A stretch of 64,000 nucleotides of DNA. Origin: an uncultured Verrucomicrobiae bacterium. GTDB taxonomy: Bacteria; Verrucomicrobiota; Verrucomicrobiia; Chthoniobacterales; JAFAMB01. Position numbers and translations under genes: made by a program. The notes under the pieces are model-generated. The model was not told the origin of the DNA. It saw nothing but the letters and a program-made list of their open reading frames with translations, and did not search any database. This document shows, in pieces, positions 29,185 to 39,250 of the stretch. The stretch spans positions 736,001 to 800,000 of the forward strand of contig CAWIPH010000002.1 in NCBI GenBank assembly GCA_963837955.1. Reading direction: 5' to 3'. Position 1 is the stretch's first letter. Every line of letters starts with the position of its first letter.

Positions 29185-29904
29185 ATGAAAACGTTGGAAG
29201 TAGCGGTCGTCGCAGGTGTCGGTCCAGGACTGGGAGCATCGTTAGCACGTAAATTTGCTAAAGAAGGTTGCCGGCTCGCATTGCTGGCCAGGTCACCCGA
29301 TTTTCTGGAGACTTTGGCCGACGAGCTTCGAAGGCGTGGGACGGAAGCCCTCGCAATTCCAACCGACCTCAATGAGGCTGATCAAATCGCTGGAGCGTTC
29401 CAACGCATCCGCAAGCAACTCGGCCCGGTTGATCTTCTGGTCAATAATGCCAGTGCGGGTGGCCCTTTTGGGCAGCCTTTCGTCGAGATCGCTCCGGAAA
29501 GCTTTATCCGCGGTTGGCAGGTCGGCGTTTTAGGCGCCTTCCTCTGTTCGCAAGCGGTTGTTCCAGACATGCTCAAAAAGGGCGCTGGTTGCATCCTCTT
29601 CACCGGCGCGACTTCATCGGTTCGGGGAGCTGCCATCACTTTCAGCAGCGCAAAATTTGCGTTGCGCGGTCTCGCTCAGGCTTTGGCGAGGGAGCTGTGG
29701 CCTAAGGGTATACATGTCGCGCATATTGTTATCGATGGTGGGATCCAGGATAGCGAACCTGGAACGGAGGAAGCCCTGGACGCGGAACCGCTCATGAATC
29801 CGGCGGCCATCGCAGAAACCTATTGGAGTGTGGCTAAACAGGACCGCTCCGCCTGGACTCTCGAGCTCGATCTTCGCCCGCATCGCGAGAAATTCTTCGA
29901 GTGA
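29185..29904 (+). CDS. SDR-family oxidoreductase
   Basis: AGVGPGLGASLA, LVNNA, ILFTGATSS, SAKFALRGLAQ, IHVAHIVIDG. Confidence 0.92.
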   Translation: MKTLEVAVVAGVGPGLGASLARKFAKEGCRLALLARSPDFLETLADELRRRGTEALAIPTDLNEADQIAGAFQRIRKQLGPVDLLVNNASAGGPFGQPFVEIAPESFIRGWQVGVLGAFLCSQAVVPDMLKKGAGCILFTGATSSVRGAAITFSSAKFALRGLAQALARELWPKGIHVAHIVIDGGIQDSEPGTEEALDAEPLMNPAAIAETYWSVAKQDRSAWTLELDLRPHREKFFE

Positions 29905-30004
29905 GCAGACCAAGAGGACCGTTGTTTCTGGATTATCACAGCCAATAAATGTGTGTTGTATAGGCGCGACCCCTCTTTCTGACCTCCACTACCGGCTTTT
30001 TCCA

Positions 30005-30562
30005 TTAGACCCTTAGCGAGCCGCGGAACCCCCTAGCCGCGTAGTAAGATTCTGCACCGTTGTGATATACGAAGACGGTGTTGTAGCGACGATCACAAAA
30101 AAGGGCTCCGCCGAGTTTTCTAATATCAGCAGGTGTTTTCACCCAGCTCGATGTTTTCGAATCGAAATTTCCAAGTTTCTGCAATTCTCGATATTGTTCT
30201 TCCGTTAAAAGCTCAATGCCAATGGAGGCAGCCATATCAACAGCGTTATTTTCCGGTTTATGTTCTTTCCTTGAATCCAGCGCTTCGCGGTCATAACAAA
30301 AACTTCTGCGGCCTTGAGGGCTTTCCGGCGAACAATCATAAAAAATGTATTCGCCCGTCTTTTTATCATGGCCAACAACATCCGGTTCACCACCGGTTCC
30401 TTCCATTTCATTCAGCGACCACAGCTTTTCAGTATTCGCTTCGAGCTTTGCTTGTACTTTTGCCCATTCGAGACCTTTGTGGCGGTTCATATTTTTCTCA
30501 AAGCGGGCCTTCCATGCTTTGAGAAGTTCTTCACGTTGTTCTGGTGAGAATTCCTTTTTCAT
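30005..30562 (-). CDS. DUF4256 domain protein
   Basis: RFEKNMNRH, LWSLNEME.TGGEPDV, RRS.CYDREAL, YHNGAESYYAARGFRGSLRV; visibly AT-richer than neighbours. Confidence 0.85.
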   Translation of the reverse strand: MKKEFSPEQREELLKAWKARFEKNMNRHKGLEWAKVQAKLEANTEKLWSLNEMEGTGGEPDVVGHDKKTGEYIFYDCSPESPQGRRSFCYDREALDSRKEHKPENNAVDMAASIGIELLTEEQYRELQKLGNFDSKTSSWVKTPADIRKLGGALFCDRRYNTVFVYHNGAESYYAARGFRGSLRV

Positions 30563-30636
30563 TTTTATGCGTCTATTTGCCTGAGACAGGTCGAGATTTC
30601 GAACGTGTGATTCGCGTCACGACGGGTATTCGCTGA

Positions 30637-30942
30637 TCAGGCGGGGGCGACAGGCGGTGCGAACTGACCACCACCGAATGATCCGCTCGTACGATCGGTC
30701 TCCAAAAAGAACACCATGATGTCGTTTGGGTCGACACTTGTTTCGCCAAGCTTTTCAACTAGGGCGGCCACAAGACCTCTTTTCCTATCGGTGTCAGTCC
30801 CTGAAGATACCAGCACTTCAATCATCAACATCTGGTCGGTGCGGGGCTTGGGCAGGGCAGGGTAGTATGAGTCGACTCTGAGGTCGCTTGGGTCCAGCGA
30901 AAGGAAGCGTTGGAAAAGGTCGTCTTCTGGGTATCCAGCCGA
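30637..30942 (-). pseudogene. 5'-truncated tautomerase-family gene
   Basis: Open frame SAGYPEDDLFQRFLSLDPSDL...PRTDQMLMIEV...KRGLVAALVEKL...DPNDIMV...SFGGG, preceded by an in-frame TAG and lacking the Met-Pro start. Confidence 0.65.
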
Positions 30943-30967
30943 CTACGTCGTTGAATCGAAAGGGGGA

Positions 30968-32872
30968 TCACGACGTCTTGGAACCAGCGCTTTCTTGCTT
31001 AATTTGCTCCAGCTCTTCCCAGCGACCATACAACTCCACTACTCGTTCCCTGGCAGTTTTTAGTTCTGCTTCCAACGCCGCATAGTTCTTGCCGTGCTTT
31101 TGATAAAACTCTGGATCCGCAAACGTCTTTTCCAGGTTTGTTACTTTGTCCTCGGCCTCTAGGATGACCGCTTCGATACTCTCCAGCTCGCGTTCCTCTT
31201 TCCACTTCAGTTTCCGTGACCGGTTGGCTATCGGAGGGGCTGGCCTAACACTAGCCGTTGATCCGGCTGGCTTCAGTTGGATGGCTGCCTGTTCTTCAGC
31301 ACGTTTTTCTAGGTAGTAATCGTAGTTACCGACCGCGTATCGCACCACCGCTTCGCCTTCGAACGCCAGAATCGCGGTCGCCATCCGGTTCAGAAAATAG
31401 CGGTCGTGACTGACTACAATGATAGTCCCGGGAAAATCGATGAATGCTTCTTCTAGTAAACGCAGCGTACCCAGATCGAGGTCGTTAGTCGGTTCATCGA
31501 GAATCAACACGTTGCCGCCCTGCTTCAGCGTTTTCGCCAGGACCACGCGATTTCGTTCTCCACCGCTGAGGAGTTCTATCTTGGTGTTAATGCGGTCTTC
31601 AGTGAAAAGGAATCGACGGAGATACGATCGCAGCGAAAGAGTCTCTTCACCGAGCCGGATATACTCATATCCTTCGCCGACCTCCTGCCAAACCGTTTTC
31701 TGATCATCTAGCAACGCCCGGTTTTGATCGACATAGTTAATTTGTACCCGCGCGCCGAGCACGACCTCGCCCTTGGTCGGTTGTAACTGACCAAGAATCA
31801 CCTTAAGCAGACTGGACTTACCTAGACCGTTAGCGCCAATCACTCCCAGCTTTTCGCCGGGTCTAAGATCCAGGTTGAGATTATCGATCAATTTTCGTCC
31901 GGCGATTTCTAAAGTGATCTCTTTCAATTCGATAACGCGTTCGCCCAGTTTCGGGGGTGGGGGAATAATCAATTCCGCTTCTGACTCAGGAGCCGGCTCC
32001 TCTTGTCCGGCCATTTCGAAATATCTTTCTACCCGGTCAATCGATTTCGTCCGGCGCGCACTGGGGCTACGACGAATCCATTCCAGTTCCCGCTTCAGAA
32101 ACTTTTGGCGTTTACGTTCTTGTTGTTCCAAGGCTGCGTGTCGGGCAGCGCGAGCCAGCAAGAAATCCGTGTAATTACCGGTGTAGCGCAGGAATTCTCC
32201 GCGGTCTAACTCGACGATCCCGGTAGCAATTTTGTCGAGAAAATAACGATCGTGCGTGACGAAAAGACAGGTGCCCTGATAATGAGCAAGAAAATCTTCT
32301 AACCATTCGATAGCGGCAGTATCAAGATGGTTGGTTGGTTCATCGAGCAGCAACAGGTCAGGCTGCGAAATCAGGGCACGACAGAGAGCAACTCGCCGTT
32401 GTTCGCCACCGGACAAATCGCGCACCGCCCGGTCGAGCGCCGGAGCATGAAGATGTTCGACTAGCGATTTGATCCGGTGTTCCAGGCTCCAACCGCCCAG
32501 ATGCTCAATTCTCTCCAGCAAGTGCGCGCTCTCGGCCGAAGCAGGCGGGGCGTGCTCATATTTCTTAAGCAAATCGAGTGTGGTTTGCGCTCCGGCCATG
32601 ATATTGCCGTGGACGGTGCCACCTTCTTCAAGCGCAAATTGCTGAGGCATATATCCAACCACGAGCTCGCGTCTTCGTGCGACGTCTCCCGTGTCCGGAA
32701 GCTGATCACCGGCAAGGATTCTTAGAAAAGTCGATTTACCCGATCCGTTCGGCCCGACCAGACCGAGGCGTTCTCCTTCCTCGATATTCAGGCTAGCGTC
32801 GTCCAGCACGGTTTGCGGTCCATACCGTACCATCAGCCGTTTTGCGCTTACCACTGAGATTGGATCCGCCAT
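30968..32872 (-). CDS. ABC-F family ATPase (Uup-like)
   Basis: Two NBDs (GPNGSGKST/LSGGE/DEPTNHLD; GANGLGKS/LSGGE/DEPTNDLD), no TM segments, C-terminal coiled coil ending RWEELE. Confidence 0.93.
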   Translation of the reverse strand: MADPISVVSAKRLMVRYGPQTVLDDASLNIEEGERLGLVGPNGSGKSTFLRILAGDQLPDTGDVARRRELVVGYMPQQFALEEGGTVHGNIMAGAQTTLDLLKKYEHAPPASAESAHLLERIEHLGGWSLEHRIKSLVEHLHAPALDRAVRDLSGGEQRRVALCRALISQPDLLLLDEPTNHLDTAAIEWLEDFLAHYQGTCLFVTHDRYFLDKIATGIVELDRGEFLRYTGNYTDFLLARAARHAALEQQERKRQKFLKRELEWIRRSPSARRTKSIDRVERYFEMAGQEEPAPESEAELIIPPPPKLGERVIELKEITLEIAGRKLIDNLNLDLRPGEKLGVIGANGLGKSSLLKVILGQLQPTKGEVVLGARVQINYVDQNRALLDDQKTVWQEVGEGYEYIRLGEETLSLRSYLRRFLFTEDRINTKIELLSGGERNRVVLAKTLKQGGNVLILDEPTNDLDLGTLRLLEEAFIDFPGTIIVVSHDRYFLNRMATAILAFEGEAVVRYAVGNYDYYLEKRAEEQAAIQLKPAGSTASVRPAPPIANRSRKLKWKEERELESIEAVILEAEDKVTNLEKTFADPEFYQKHGKNYAALEAELKTARERVVELYGRWEELEQIKQESAGSKTS

Positions 32873-33169
32873 CGGCTGACTGTGGCACGATGCTGCTCAT
32901 CTCACTATGGGGATCCTGCCCTCTGTTCTTCGCGTACCCATACCGAACCACGCCGCCAATTCGGACAGCGTTCACGGCAGTCGGGGCAGAAGCGGGCGGA
33001 TCTCGGTGATGAGGTGGTCTATGCTACCATCTTGAATTGAGCGAAACGGATTGGCAAAAAGTCGTCATCTAGGTTAGCTGATTCATCATTTTATTTTTCA
33101 GGAGAACAATAGCGGGTTGGGGATTTTGATCTGAATTCGACCGGCATTCGAGAGGGATGATTTAGGATT

Positions 33170-33781
33170 TTGAAAGAGGGACGTTTTCTTCAACTGGCAA
33201 TAGTACTCGGAATCGCCAGTATGATCGGTGCGTCGCTATTGGGCGCCAAAGAAAGCAGGACCTTTATCGCTCCAGACCGCATCAGTCTTTTCACAGTCCC
33301 TTTGCGGTGTGGGGCAGCACCGGAGATTGGTTGTGGCCCCATTTCTAAACCGATCCTGTTGCAATTGGAGGGCGACCCTGCCATGACGCAGGCTTGGCTA
33401 ACCGGTACCGGAACGGTGTTAGCCGTCGTCTGGGCGGGGAACGATGGTCAACAGACACGAACAAAGGCTGTTCAAGCGGTTTTCGAAAAGAGCGGACTAA
33501 CAGCTACGGAATTGGATGGCAAAGCTCGAGAGGCCGAATTGAACAGTTTTCTTTCGGCCGACCCCTGGTACCGCGGCGAGGAGGTGGACAACTTAAGCAA
33601 ACAAGAAGCAGCGATCATTGGCGAAGTCATTCATGAGGCGGCGATGGCGATGCGTTTTCACGCCAAGATCAACGACTTTATAGAACTCTTGCACGTTTAC
33701 CCAACGATGGCTGAGGCGCTCAAGATAGTGGCCATTTCCCGCCGCAAAGATCCGGCAAAACTCGCCTGCTGCGCGGAATAA
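33170..33781 (+). CDS. Chimeric ORF: secreted Cys-motif hypothetical N-terminus plus mercuric reductase (MerA)-like C-terminal ~53 aa
   Basis: N-terminal signal and VPLRCGAAPEIGCG; C-terminal GEVIHEAAMAMRF...LHVYPTMAEALK...LACCAE. Confidence 0.65.
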   Translation: MKEGRFLQLAIVLGIASMIGASLLGAKESRTFIAPDRISLFTVPLRCGAAPEIGCGPISKPILLQLEGDPAMTQAWLTGTGTVLAVVWAGNDGQQTRTKAVQAVFEKSGLTATELDGKAREAELNSFLSADPWYRGEEVDNLSKQEAAIIGEVIHEAAMAMRFHAKINDFIELLHVYPTMAEALKIVAISRRKDPAKLACCAE

Positions 33782-34052
33782 TTTTCCTCGGGTGAGACAA
33801 TGCGACCGTAGCTGACAGCCAGCGATCTCGCGGTTTCGCTCGCTTTGTCAGGAATTGTCGACTGACCCCTTTTGATCGCTTGGCGATTGTCGAAGCCGGC
33901 CTGCGGAGATTCGTGCGTCGCAGCGCTGTTCGCGGAGGAGCGAGGAGGACAGCGGTCTTCCTCACTCCTTTAGCTGCGGGCGGACAGGCAGCGATTCTTA
34001 GCGTTAAGAGCCGCAACACCCGTCCGCGTTACCTGACACCTATCCGCCGTTA

Positions 34053-36302
34053 CTATTGCGCATCGGCCGCCGTACGGAATCCGATTTCACCGGAGCGATC
34101 CAGGCTCGGAGCCATGAGCAGATATTTGTTGTGATGATTCAGTTGGTAGACAGTCGGCGTGCATGGGAAATAAAAGAGCAAGTGTGGTGCTGCCTGTGGC
34201 TCATACGGAGAACTACCTCTTACCACCGCTGCCGCGGTGTGTTGATCGCTGAAGGTATTGGTCCACTGCCATACATTGCCCACCATATCGAGCACACCGA
34301 AGGGACTCGCGCCGTTCGGGAATGCCGTTACGTCCGACGGAGGTGTAGTATCGCGGCCGGTATTCACCGGAGGGACATTCGTGGATACAAAAGTATTGCC
34401 CCATGGATATAGCCGGCCATCGGTGCCCTGCGCCGCGTACTGCCACTCCCATTCGTTGGGAAGCCGGCGGCCGGCCCAGCGAGCATAGGCTTGGGCGTCC
34501 TCCACTGATACCCAAGTAACCGGTTTGTTATCCCACCCTTGTTGGTAATGCGGGTGGACCGGATTCGACCAGTCCCAATCCTGCAGGAAATGGTGTATAT
34601 CGGCCGGCCGATAGCCGGCCGCGTCCATGAACGCTTGATATTGCAGATTAGTTACCTCGGTCTTGTCTATATAGAACTTGTTGATCGTTATTTGATAACT
34701 GTGGGTTAAACTGGGAGTAGATTCCCACGGGTATTGCACATCGACTCCGGGTTCGCCATTTCCTTCGATTTCGGTGCCTGACACGACGAATTGATACTGG
34801 GTTCCTGGAATCAAGATCATTCCGGTTGGCGTTTGCGAGTACGGCGTTGTTGGCGGGTTGGCACCAATAGTCTGCGGAAGGACGATGTTAGCTGCAGAAT
34901 AGCTGCTCAGTGGTTTGGCCGTTAGTCGACACATGGTCGAAAGGAACGCCAGGAGATCGGACGGCCTATCGGCGTGGGTGGTGGCGAGTATCGCCCCGTA
35001 GCCGCTGGCTTCGATGGAGAACGCCAGCGTGGCGGTCCCGCCGTTGATCGTCGGGTTCAACTTAACGCCATGCCAGAGGTCGTAGTATTCCACCCCGGCC
35101 TGATACGGAACAGAGATCTGGTTGCCGTCCACCTGCGTTGTACCAACATTGACGATGGTCCACAGGATTTGCGAATTGGTTTCGCTTGGCCATTTGCTGG
35201 CGTATACCTGACTGTTGTTGATGGTCGGCGTATACGGTTCCCAGTTTTGGCTGACCAGTAGATCCGGAAATTTACGTTCGATTGAGGCGACACATCGTAC
35301 CGCTTGATCATCGCGGTCGGTCATTTGGTTCCAAATCCCCCATATATTTTCCCAGCTCTCCAGACCGGTGCCATTGAAGAATGCAGCTTGTAGCATCGCA
35401 ATTTTGCTCTTGGACCATCGGTCATTGACATGAACGGTGAAACGCGGTTCGAACCATTTAGGCAGGCTTACCCCCAGCAAAGTATAAGGGGTTTGCCAGT
35501 ATCCCCATCCCATGGTGTTCCATTGAATCTCCGCCGCAACCGAAACTGGACCTGTGGGCGGTTGGAAAAAAAATCCAGTCGCGACGCCAAGCTCAGGCTC
35601 CAAGGCCAAGGGCCGCTTGTCGATAAGGGAATTCTGGAAGAATTCGTTATCAACGTATCTTTCGGTATCGCCGTTCATTCCGTCCGCGCCGATTTCGGCC
35701 ATGGTTTTCGGCAATACCTCCGACCAGGCAGCACCCGGATCATGCGTCCCGATGTCCCAAGGATTGTACGGGAACAGGACTTTGACGCCGTTCCTATGGA
35801 AATCGGCAATCATCTTTTTGACTCCGTTGGGGAAGCCGGGCATGTCGCGGATCAACTGGTCCTGGTTTCGACTGTCCACACCCATGTTAGGATAGGTTGG
35901 CCAAATCAGAATCGAATCAATCCCGCCATACCGAGTACGGACATCATCGAGATATTTGTCTACCGTGTAGGTTCCGGTAGTAACATCATACAAGTAGCGA
36001 TCATGAGCCATGGCCTGGGGCTGAATCGGATTGTGCTGGGTCCAGTTTAAGGGCGGGTATTCGTAGACCGAATCGTCGTAGGTCAGGAGAGCCGCCTGCT
36101 GAGCCCGGTAGGCCTGCATGGCGGCTAACCAAGCCGGCGCGTTAGCCGGCGTATCTGGACCATTAATCTGGATCCAATTCGGGAAGGTGAGGGTGTAGCC
36201 AGCGGCGTTAAGGCGGCTGGTGATGGCAGCGCTGATAAACGCTATAAGCAGGCATACGGCGTAAGAGTTTGATCGGAGTAGGGCAGCGAGTGATCGCTTC
36301 AT
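34053..36302 (-). CDS. Secreted protein with uncharacterised N-terminal domain and C-terminal FGE-sulfatase (SUMF1-like) domain
   Basis: EVTNLQY, PVTWVS, RRLPNEWEWQYAAQG, YPWGN, DMVGNVWQWT, IGFR. Start chosen at MKRSLAALL, ahead of a signal-like segment. Confidence 0.85.
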   Translation of the reverse strand: MKRSLAALLRSNSYAVCLLIAFISAAITSRLNAAGYTLTFPNWIQINGPDTPANAPAWLAAMQAYRAQQAALLTYDDSVYEYPPLNWTQHNPIQPQAMAHDRYLYDVTTGTYTVDKYLDDVRTRYGGIDSILIWPTYPNMGVDSRNQDQLIRDMPGFPNGVKKMIADFHRNGVKVLFPYNPWDIGTHDPGAAWSEVLPKTMAEIGADGMNGDTERYVDNEFFQNSLIDKRPLALEPELGVATGFFFQPPTGPVSVAAEIQWNTMGWGYWQTPYTLLGVSLPKWFEPRFTVHVNDRWSKSKIAMLQAAFFNGTGLESWENIWGIWNQMTDRDDQAVRCVASIERKFPDLLVSQNWEPYTPTINNSQVYASKWPSETNSQILWTIVNVGTTQVDGNQISVPYQAGVEYYDLWHGVKLNPTINGGTATLAFSIEASGYGAILATTHADRPSDLLAFLSTMCRLTAKPLSSYSAANIVLPQTIGANPPTTPYSQTPTGMILIPGTQYQFVVSGTEIEGNGEPGVDVQYPWESTPSLTHSYQITINKFYIDKTEVTNLQYQAFMDAAGYRPADIHHFLQDWDWSNPVHPHYQQGWDNKPVTWVSVEDAQAYARWAGRRLPNEWEWQYAAQGTDGRLYPWGNTFVSTNVPPVNTGRDTTPPSDVTAFPNGASPFGVLDMVGNVWQWTNTFSDQHTAAAVVRGSSPYEPQAAPHLLFYFPCTPTVYQLNHHNKYLLMAPSLDRSGEIGFRTAADAQ

Positions 36303-36428
36303 ATAGCGGGTCTTAGAGTAAGAAAAGCTTCTATCAGCCGGCGCGGATTTGGCGGAAGCGACGCTGATTTGAGGATTTATATTCATAGGGGGAAGGGGGG
36401 AAGAAGTTGGAAGTAAGAGAGAACAACG

Positions 36429-36549
36429 GCGCAAACCATTGCGCAATCGATTGCTCAGTTCTAGCTATTTTTTTGGGTCCGTCAAGAACGATGATTGACA
36501 TTAACCAAAGATCCATTTATTGAGCAATCGATTGCGCAATGGTTTGCGC
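36429..36549. promoter_or_regulatory. Mirror-image pair of tandem LacI-type operators flanking divergent promoters
   Basis: Perfect 29-bp inverted repeat GCGCAAACCATTGCGCAATCGATTGCTCA (36429-36457 / 36521-36549); TTGACA at 36495 and reverse-strand TTGACG at 36480-36485. Confidence 0.85.
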
Positions 36550-36611
36550 TCCTAAAATCGTAGTTTAACCCTAATCCCCTAGATCACAGGTCCGCCTGTA
36601 CCCCCAATTAT

Positions 36612-37568
36612 ATGTGTTTCTTGTCTCTCCGGAGCCGCAGTGCGCTTAGCGTTGCGCTGCTGGCCCTGGTCGTCTCTTTCTCTCCGACCTCGGCTCAAAG
36701 CGCGACTAAGCCAAGAGTCGCCCTAATCATGAAATCGTTGGCTAATGAGTTTTTCCAGACCATGGAAAAAGGCGCCCGTGATTATCAGGCTCAACACCCG
36801 GATCAATTTGATCTTATCTCGAACGGAATCAAAAATGAAACCGACGTCGGAGCTCAAATCAATTTGGTCAATCAGATGATCGCACAGAATGTCGACGCCA
36901 TCGTTCTGGCTCCAGCAGATTCGAAAGCGTTGATTTCGGTTTCCAAGAAGGCTAAACAGGCTGGTATCCTCGTCATCAACATCGACAACAAATTCGATGT
37001 ACCCACACTAGCGCAGGAAAAGGTTAAAATTCCGTTCGTGGGTCCGGATAATCGCAAGGGGGCAGAAGCGGTCGGTGACTATCTGGGGAAACAACTCTCC
37101 CCGGGCAGCAAAGTTGCAATAATTGAGGGCCTTCCCGGGGCATTTAACGGGATACAACGGAAACTGGGATTCGAAGATGCCATGAAAGAAGGCAAAATTG
37201 ATGTGGTAACTTCCCAAGCCGCCGACTGGGAAACAGCCAAAGCGAACCAGGTCACGTCTGCCATCATCACCCAAAACCCGAACATCAACGCAATTCTCGC
37301 ATGTAACGATAGTATGGCGTTGGGTGCGGTGGCCGCGCTCAAGGCCGCTGGCAAGGAAGCAAGTGTCAAAGTCGTTGGATTCGACAATATTACGGCTGTC
37401 CAACAATTGATTAAAGAAGGCAAAATGCTTGCCACAGCCGATCAGCACGGAGATCAACTCGCCGTCTACGGCATTCAGTACGCTTTGGATTCGCTGGCCA
37501 AAAAAGGAGCATCGATGGAAGATCGTGAAACCAAGGTGGACCTGATCACCAAAGATGACGTCAAATAA
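36612..37568 (+). CDS. rbsB: Ribose-type sugar ABC substrate-binding protein
   Basis: Signal peptide; VALIMKSLANEFF, IVLAPADSKAL, FVGPDN, CNDSMALGA, VVGFDN. Confidence 0.85.
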   Translation: MCFLSLRSRSALSVALLALVVSFSPTSAQSATKPRVALIMKSLANEFFQTMEKGARDYQAQHPDQFDLISNGIKNETDVGAQINLVNQMIAQNVDAIVLAPADSKALISVSKKAKQAGILVINIDNKFDVPTLAQEKVKIPFVGPDNRKGAEAVGDYLGKQLSPGSKVAIIEGLPGAFNGIQRKLGFEDAMKEGKIDVVTSQAADWETAKANQVTSAIITQNPNINAILACNDSMALGAVAALKAAGKEASVKVVGFDNITAVQQLIKEGKMLATADQHGDQLAVYGIQYALDSLAKKGASMEDRETKVDLITKDDVK

Positions 37569-37609
37569 CGGCGAATTGCCAGTTTGACTCAAGATCTTCG
37601 TGAATTCGG

Positions 37610-39118
37610 ATGACCACACTTCTGCAAACCAGAGGACTAGCCAAGGCCTATGCCGGCCCGGTCCTGTCGGATGTCAATTTCGACCTACGCGCCGGAGAAG
37701 TCCACGCGTTGGTCGGGGAGAATGGAGCCGGCAAAAGCACGCTTTGCAATATCCTCGCCGGACTGAGCGCCGCGAATTCGGGCGAGATTTTCCTGGAAGA
37801 GAGGCCATACAAGCCAATCAACAAAAAGGCCGCCGAGCATCAAGGTGTGCGGATCGTCCTCCAGGAACTTAGCCTGATCGACAATTTGTCTGTAGCAGAG
37901 AATTTGTTTCTCCATCGGCTACCGAATCGAATGGGCTGGATCCAGGGCTCTCGGCTGGCTCGTGCTGCTCGGGCCGCCCTGGATCGAGTGGGCTTGATCG
38001 ATCTCGATCCGAACGTCTCAGTCCGTCAACTTGGGATCGGGCAAAAGCAGTTAATCGAGATTGCAGCGGGCCTTTCGGAGGAATGCAAGATTCTGATTCT
38101 CGATGAACCAACGGCTGCACTCACCGGAGCGGACTCTAAGCGGCTATTCGTCCAGGTGAGAAGATTGCAGGAGGCAGGTGTCGGAATCATTTTTATTTCG
38201 CATCACCTCGAAGAAGTTCAGGAAATCGCGGATCGGGTCTCGGTTCTGCGGGATGGCAGGCTTGTCGCCGTTAAGGAACGGGGATCCTATTCAGTCGACG
38301 ATATTATTCGTTTGATGGTAGGTCGCGACCTCGGCGAGTCCGCGGAACGCCGCAGTCGGTTTGTTTCTGGTCGGGTTTTGCTTCGTGTCGAAAAGCTGAA
38401 GGTGCCCCCGGTCGTCCGGGATGTCACTTTTGAAGTTCGAGCCGGGGAGATCTTGGGGTTTGCCGGGCTCATGGGTTCTGGTCGCACCGAAACGATGCGG
38501 GCGATTTTCGGAGCCGATCGTCGAGTATCGGGCAGGATTCTCGTGAACGGAAAAGAAGCGCAGATCCATCACCCTGCGGAAGCGGTAAAATGTGGGATTG
38601 GTCTTCTGACCGAAGATCGCAAGGCTCAGGGGCTCCTTTTGCCGAGGCCGTTATGGATGAATATCAGTCTTGCACGACTTGGTTATGAAATCGCTCGGTT
38701 CGGTTGGATAAACCGGGCCGTGGAAGAAAATGTCGCCGAAAACTGGGTTCGCCGGCTGGCTGTGCGCTGTTCTTCCGCTGAACAGCCTGCGGTTAACCTG
38801 AGTGGCGGCAACCAGCAAAAGGTTGTCCTCGCTCGATGGCTCTACCGGGATTGCAATATCCTGATCTGTGATGAGCCGACACGTGGCATCGACGTCGGAG
38901 CAAGATTTGAAATCTATCGCCTTCTGGGTGAATTGGCGGCCGCTGGGAAGGCCATTGTTGTGGTTTCCTCAGATCTCCAAGAACTTCTGACCCTCTGCGA
39001 TCGGATCGCAGTCATGTCTGCCGGAAAATTAGTGACAGAATTTCTCCGAGGAGAGTGGACAGAGGACCAAATCATGTCTGCGGCTTTTAGCGAGTTTACC
39101 AAGGCTTCGGCTAACTGA
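37610..39118 (+). CDS. rbsA: Sugar ABC ATP-binding protein (CUT2)
   Basis: GENGAGKST, ILDEPT, TEDRK, LSGGNQQKV, DEPTRGIDVGA. Confidence 0.9.
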   Translation: MTTLLQTRGLAKAYAGPVLSDVNFDLRAGEVHALVGENGAGKSTLCNILAGLSAANSGEIFLEERPYKPINKKAAEHQGVRIVLQELSLIDNLSVAENLFLHRLPNRMGWIQGSRLARAARAALDRVGLIDLDPNVSVRQLGIGQKQLIEIAAGLSEECKILILDEPTAALTGADSKRLFVQVRRLQEAGVGIIFISHHLEEVQEIADRVSVLRDGRLVAVKERGSYSVDDIIRLMVGRDLGESAERRSRFVSGRVLLRVEKLKVPPVVRDVTFEVRAGEILGFAGLMGSGRTETMRAIFGADRRVSGRILVNGKEAQIHHPAEAVKCGIGLLTEDRKAQGLLLPRPLWMNISLARLGYEIARFGWINRAVEENVAENWVRRLAVRCSSAEQPAVNLSGGNQQKVVLARWLYRDCNILICDEPTRGIDVGARFEIYRLLGELAAAGKAIVVVSSDLQELLTLCDRIAVMSAGKLVTEFLRGEWTEDQIMSAAFSEFTKASAN

Positions 39119-39250
39119 TCTCGAACCTCGATCGAAAGAGATTCCTAACAAAATGACTACCATTCCGAAAGTCCTCGCAATTCCGCTGCTTTGGCTAAAC
39201 GAAACGAACTAGCGATCGACTCAGTATCATTGCACCGAGCGGACCCGCCC

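Noticed and set aside
28690..29188. Overlapping 144-aa and 160-aa ORFs between the two SDRs
   Set aside because: No recognisable motifs; the region looks like degenerate palindromic repeat DNA.
32883..32897. TGGCACGATGCTGCT as a sigma-54 promoter
   Set aside because: Spacing is GG-N9-GC rather than N10, and it is not positioned just ahead of a gene.
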